From Desulfocapsa sulfexigens DSM 10523 (GTDB lineage Bacteria > Desulfobacterota > Desulfobulbia > Desulfobulbales > Desulfocapsaceae): 32,000 nucleotides of DNA. Below are positions 30,101 to 32,000 of this stretch, in pieces (the stretch's first letter is position 1; every line of letters begins with the position of its first letter). The stretch is from assembly GCF_000341395.1 (NCBI RefSeq), contig NC_020304.1, positions 1,230,001-1,262,000 on the forward strand, given 5' to 3'. The notes below the pieces were generated by a model. It was given only the letters and a program-made list of their open reading frames with translations, was not told the origin of the DNA and searched no databases. A program made the position numbers and the translations under genes.

Positions 30101-30479
30101 CTCTCCAGTTTTCTTTGACCACTTGCGAATGGAACAGGTTATTTCCAATATCCTGTCCAACAGTATCAAGTTTTCTCCTGCGGATAGGCGGATAATAGTG
30201 TGTGTCAACCAGGACATTCAGGACATTACTGTGGAGATTTGTGATCGTGGTAAGGGGATAGATGAGGAAGAAATAGCTAATATTTTTGATCGTTATTATA
30301 TGGGGCGCACCAATTTTGATGTACGTCCAGAAGGTTCCGGTCTTGGACTTTATATTGTTAAAAATATAATCAATCTCCATGGTGGGGAAGTTTTTGCCAG
30401 AAACCGAAAAAGAGGTGGCAGTTGTTTTACTGTACGTATCCCTGTAAAAGCAAATGAATCAGTAATGGATAAGCAATGA
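27195..30479 (+). CDS. Multidomain sensor histidine kinase with two N-terminal HD/HD-GYP-like modules, a degenerate HD-proximal linker, PAS, GAF, HisKA and HATPase domains
   Basis: HD module 1: GLLHDIGGMSLDRH...HHERYDGTGFPEG. HD module 2: GLLHDVGICAAPKG...HHECWNGTGFPAGLKG. PAS: VIKDVNDSALALLRYPRQGLIGKDIETLF. GAF-like: LLQFASLCGSSQVM...YWGLPLRNQDGTVLGVLVAM. Kinase: MIAVTSHDLKSPLAAIIGYASLL, ISNILSNSIKFS, EICDRGKGID, GSGLGLYIVKNIINLHGGEV. Confidence 0.9.
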   Translation: METVPHSMQSFPEKQKILLDLVSLLSKILDLSDKGNLAHGLRVADLSQAIAKQIYIGKPAQLYVAGLLHDIGGMSLDRHVLYHALDSFQDIEARNHASYGAEILKSFHPFHSLVGWVADHHERYDGTGFPEGKSQHEISSEAGILHLADLLDIFFRQNKEVTLKEIRTFLNEQSGSSVAPVVVEGAKHLFSTQESLVYLKESDPRECCGSGMVDSFSEINFISVPELISQLLWLIAQVADCKVEKNGFHSNRVAFFCHRIAKAFHSVDVDPLQALWAGLLHDVGICAAPKGELTKNQNIVATASLLYREHPLVSAKLAGDVKVLEHFAPVLAAHHECWNGTGFPAGLKGDGIPLLSQIIHVCEQYDISSRSEGTKSGHKYAIEELEKGRGQLFSSDLLDVAIPVLQTWGPRDISWMRDIKNVHAFFTSDPFDGITQGEQEQVVDLNSESMINTVLPRQWECAELTTDFVLHTGGEYLKRFTNSEDVENFFDILEPSIVRSTRKALKAVKDGESLTLTMASKWGKPLELIFLKQKKYYTLLYRGVNEEPLFTRRHSIFYQHFQKTAEAELILDEEAVIKDVNDSALALLRYPRQGLIGKDIETLFSPFLSKLQLSSLHMFLVADDETLWIEEFSLINNKGTAFSIQVTIVPLQGVERRDAAYICRLRDISVRKELEREMVQREKAMQLIVHNISGMTGDQFFKELLLQFASLCGSSQVMIGELIEGGDTIRPVVFRDPKGFHKRESFLLQHTPGFVVVHSGELFITDRVNDRFPQDKVLQDQGINSYWGLPLRNQDGTVLGVLVAMDTKPITQTKSTRALVKVLQSLAGGELARMQTERKLKENEKQLESQNLELSRMNQLKSDMIAVTSHDLKSPLAAIIGYASLLQEYFSSLDEEKKIYYIQRIEEEGQKQLVFINKLLDLYRIESGTIDLELTSERLDFLVQECITRQQHVAAERNITIEMSLKGVLSPVFFDHLRMEQVISNILSNSIKFSPADRRIIVCVNQDIQDITVEICDRGKGIDEEEIANIFDRYYMGRTNFDVRPEGSGLGLYIVKNIINLHGGEVFARNRKRGGSCFTVRIPVKANESVMDKQ

Positions 30480-31390
30480 GTAACCAAAATATTTTGATTA
30501 TAGATGATGATCAGGCCCAGCACGAAATTTTAGGGGAACATCTTGAACTGGCGGGGTTTTCCCCCCTTCATGCAGGGTGCAGTAAGGAGGGCTTTGAGGT
30601 TTTGAAAAAGCAGGATGTTGCCCTGATCCTTCTTGACATCAATATGCCCGAGATAGATGGATTTCAAACCATTAAAGTCCTGCGGACACATCCTCGAAGT
30701 GTTGATATTCCAGTACTTTTTCTCACCAGCCTTGACCGCCAGTATCTCAAAATCAAGGGACTTGAACTTGGAGCTGATGATTATGTGACAAAGCCCTATA
30801 ACGGTGCGGAACTCATGGCCAGGATTAAGGCAATTCTTCGTAGGAAAGGGAAACATCCTGCTGGGAACAAAGCTGCCCTCAGCGGCGATATCAAGGAAAT
30901 CGGACTAGGCGACCTCCTGCAAAATATTGATGGTTCACAAAAGAATGGAATAATAACATTTACTGAAATGGATGGAGAACTTGTACTTGTTGATGGGAGT
31001 ATTGTTTCTGCAAAACAGGGGAGCAGCCGGGGAATGGAAGCACTGCTTCGTTTAATGCTCTTGGAACAGGGACATTTTATGGTTTCTTATCAGGATATTC
31101 CAGATACAAAAACGGATCAGACTATCCCTGTTATGAAAGCACTTCTGGATGGTGTTTATGAGGTGGATCAAATTCGAATGGCAGTTGAAGAGACCACTCA
31201 GCAGAAAGATCCATTTCTGGAGTTAACCGGGAATTTAAGTGCCCAAAATTATAGAATTGATAGATTTAAGGCAAAATTTCCTTGTCGTTTTATTGATCTG
31301 GTAACGACCATGGATGGGGCACTGCGAAACAATGTTGAGACGGTACTCAATGCTATTCGAAGCAATGCCGTAGTTTGCCTTAAAAAATAG
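30476..31390 (+). CDS. Response regulator with REC domain and C-terminal DUF4388 (PATAN-like) domain
   Basis: REC: ILIIDDDQAQHEILGEHLE, VALILLDINMPEIDGFQTIKVLR, PVLFLTSLD, ELGADDYVTKPYNGAELMARIKAILRR. C-terminal: GDIKEIGLGDLLQNIDGSQKNGIITFTEMDGELVLVDGSIVSAKQGSSRGMEALLRLMLLEQGHFMV. ATGA overlap with the kinase gene. Confidence 0.88.
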   Translation: MSNQNILIIDDDQAQHEILGEHLELAGFSPLHAGCSKEGFEVLKKQDVALILLDINMPEIDGFQTIKVLRTHPRSVDIPVLFLTSLDRQYLKIKGLELGADDYVTKPYNGAELMARIKAILRRKGKHPAGNKAALSGDIKEIGLGDLLQNIDGSQKNGIITFTEMDGELVLVDGSIVSAKQGSSRGMEALLRLMLLEQGHFMVSYQDIPDTKTDQTIPVMKALLDGVYEVDQIRMAVEETTQQKDPFLELTGNLSAQNYRIDRFKAKFPCRFIDLVTTMDGALRNNVETVLNAIRSNAVVCLKK

Positions 31391-31581
31391 CCTGGCCCTT
31401 GGTTGTTTCCTTTCACCGTGGAGGTTTGCAGAGTGCTGCGAAGAAGGGTTGCTTTTTGTATAAAAACTTGATTTGCCTTGACCCCTGGTCTTATGAAAAG
31501 GTAATAATGAGTAAATTAAAAAGAATCGTCTCGTCGTTCAGGGGCGAAGGCAATACTAAAAGATAGAAGAAGTGAGAGAAT

Positions 31582-31932
31582 ATGCTGTCTAACCGTTCTG
31601 TTTGGAAGTGTTTTGTGAAATTGGGAGTTCTACTGGTGCTGGGTTCCCTGGCCGCTTGTAGCCAAAAAATGTATGGAGTTGTGAAGGTTGAGACGATTCC
31701 TCCTGGAGCAGAAGTTATTAATCTGAAGGATGACACCCATCTCGGGATGACACCGCTTCTGGTAACCTGGGAGAGCGATAACGATGAGGCCAAGCATGCC
31801 ACCGTGGAATTGCGAAAGGCTGGATATATAGAAGAAATAACGTCTTTTTGGGTCACAATGCGTCATACTACAAAGGCAGACGCTATTCAGGAGCCGCAGC
31901 CCGTCACAGTTGAACTGAAAAAGAGGGACTAA
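31582..31932 (+). CDS. Lipoprotein with PEGA-like domain
   Basis: Lipobox LGSLAAC; GVVKVETIPPGAEVINLKDDTHLGMTPLLVTW matches the PEGA pattern. Confidence 0.72.
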   Translation: MLSNRSVWKCFVKLGVLLVLGSLAACSQKMYGVVKVETIPPGAEVINLKDDTHLGMTPLLVTWESDNDEAKHATVELRKAGYIEEITSFWVTMRHTTKADAIQEPQPVTVELKKRD

Positions 31933-31938
31933 TACGAG

Positions 31939-32000
31939 ATGTGTGGGGAAAAAAAGAGTATTTTCAGGGTGTGTTTTCTGGTCAGTATTATAACTGCAAG
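31939..32000 (+). CDS. Start of an uncharacterised protein, truncated by window end
   Basis: ATG at 31939: MCGEKKSIFRVCFLVSIITA..., a signal-peptide-like N-terminus immediately after the PEGA lipoprotein. Confidence 0.4.
   Translation, partial: MCGEKKSIFRVCFLVSIITA

Overview
The window is chromosomal, with sulfate-reducer-like (Desulfobulbaceae/deltaproteobacterial-type) gene content. The taxon is my inference. It begins inside dnaN and continues with gyrB, gyrA, gpsA and an AI-2E family transporter gene on +. On the minus strand are an rdgB-like gene, queH, a GAF/sigma-54 activator, an SH3-domain protein and parB-parA. Two tRNA-Ser genes are on +. A complete IS21-family element (about 2.65 kb) has exact CATTT target duplications. 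Removing it by eye restores an intact 108-aa MTH1187/thiamine-binding-family ORF directly downstream of parB. A perfect parS site (TGTTTCACGTGAAACA) lies in the divergent parA/nadB intergenic region. To the right are nadB, an ACT-domain protein, a UPF0210/PFL family protein, tRNA-Glu and tRNA-Lys, an RdgC-like protein with a partner ORF, gatB, radC, hemW, small Cys/Trp-rich and DoxX-like proteins, and a large tandem-HD/PAS/GAF histidine kinase. The kinase is coupled to a response regulator with a DUF4388-like output, followed by a PEGA-like lipoprotein. I see no convincing CRISPR, defence, retron or other wholly new system. The best leads are the IS-interrupted gene, the apparent nucleotide-skew switch at parS, a 27-bp-arm inverted repeat around 25.4-25.5 kb that pairs fully only as a minus-strand RNA, the possible two-gene RdgC, and the double-HD kinase/DUF4388 operon.
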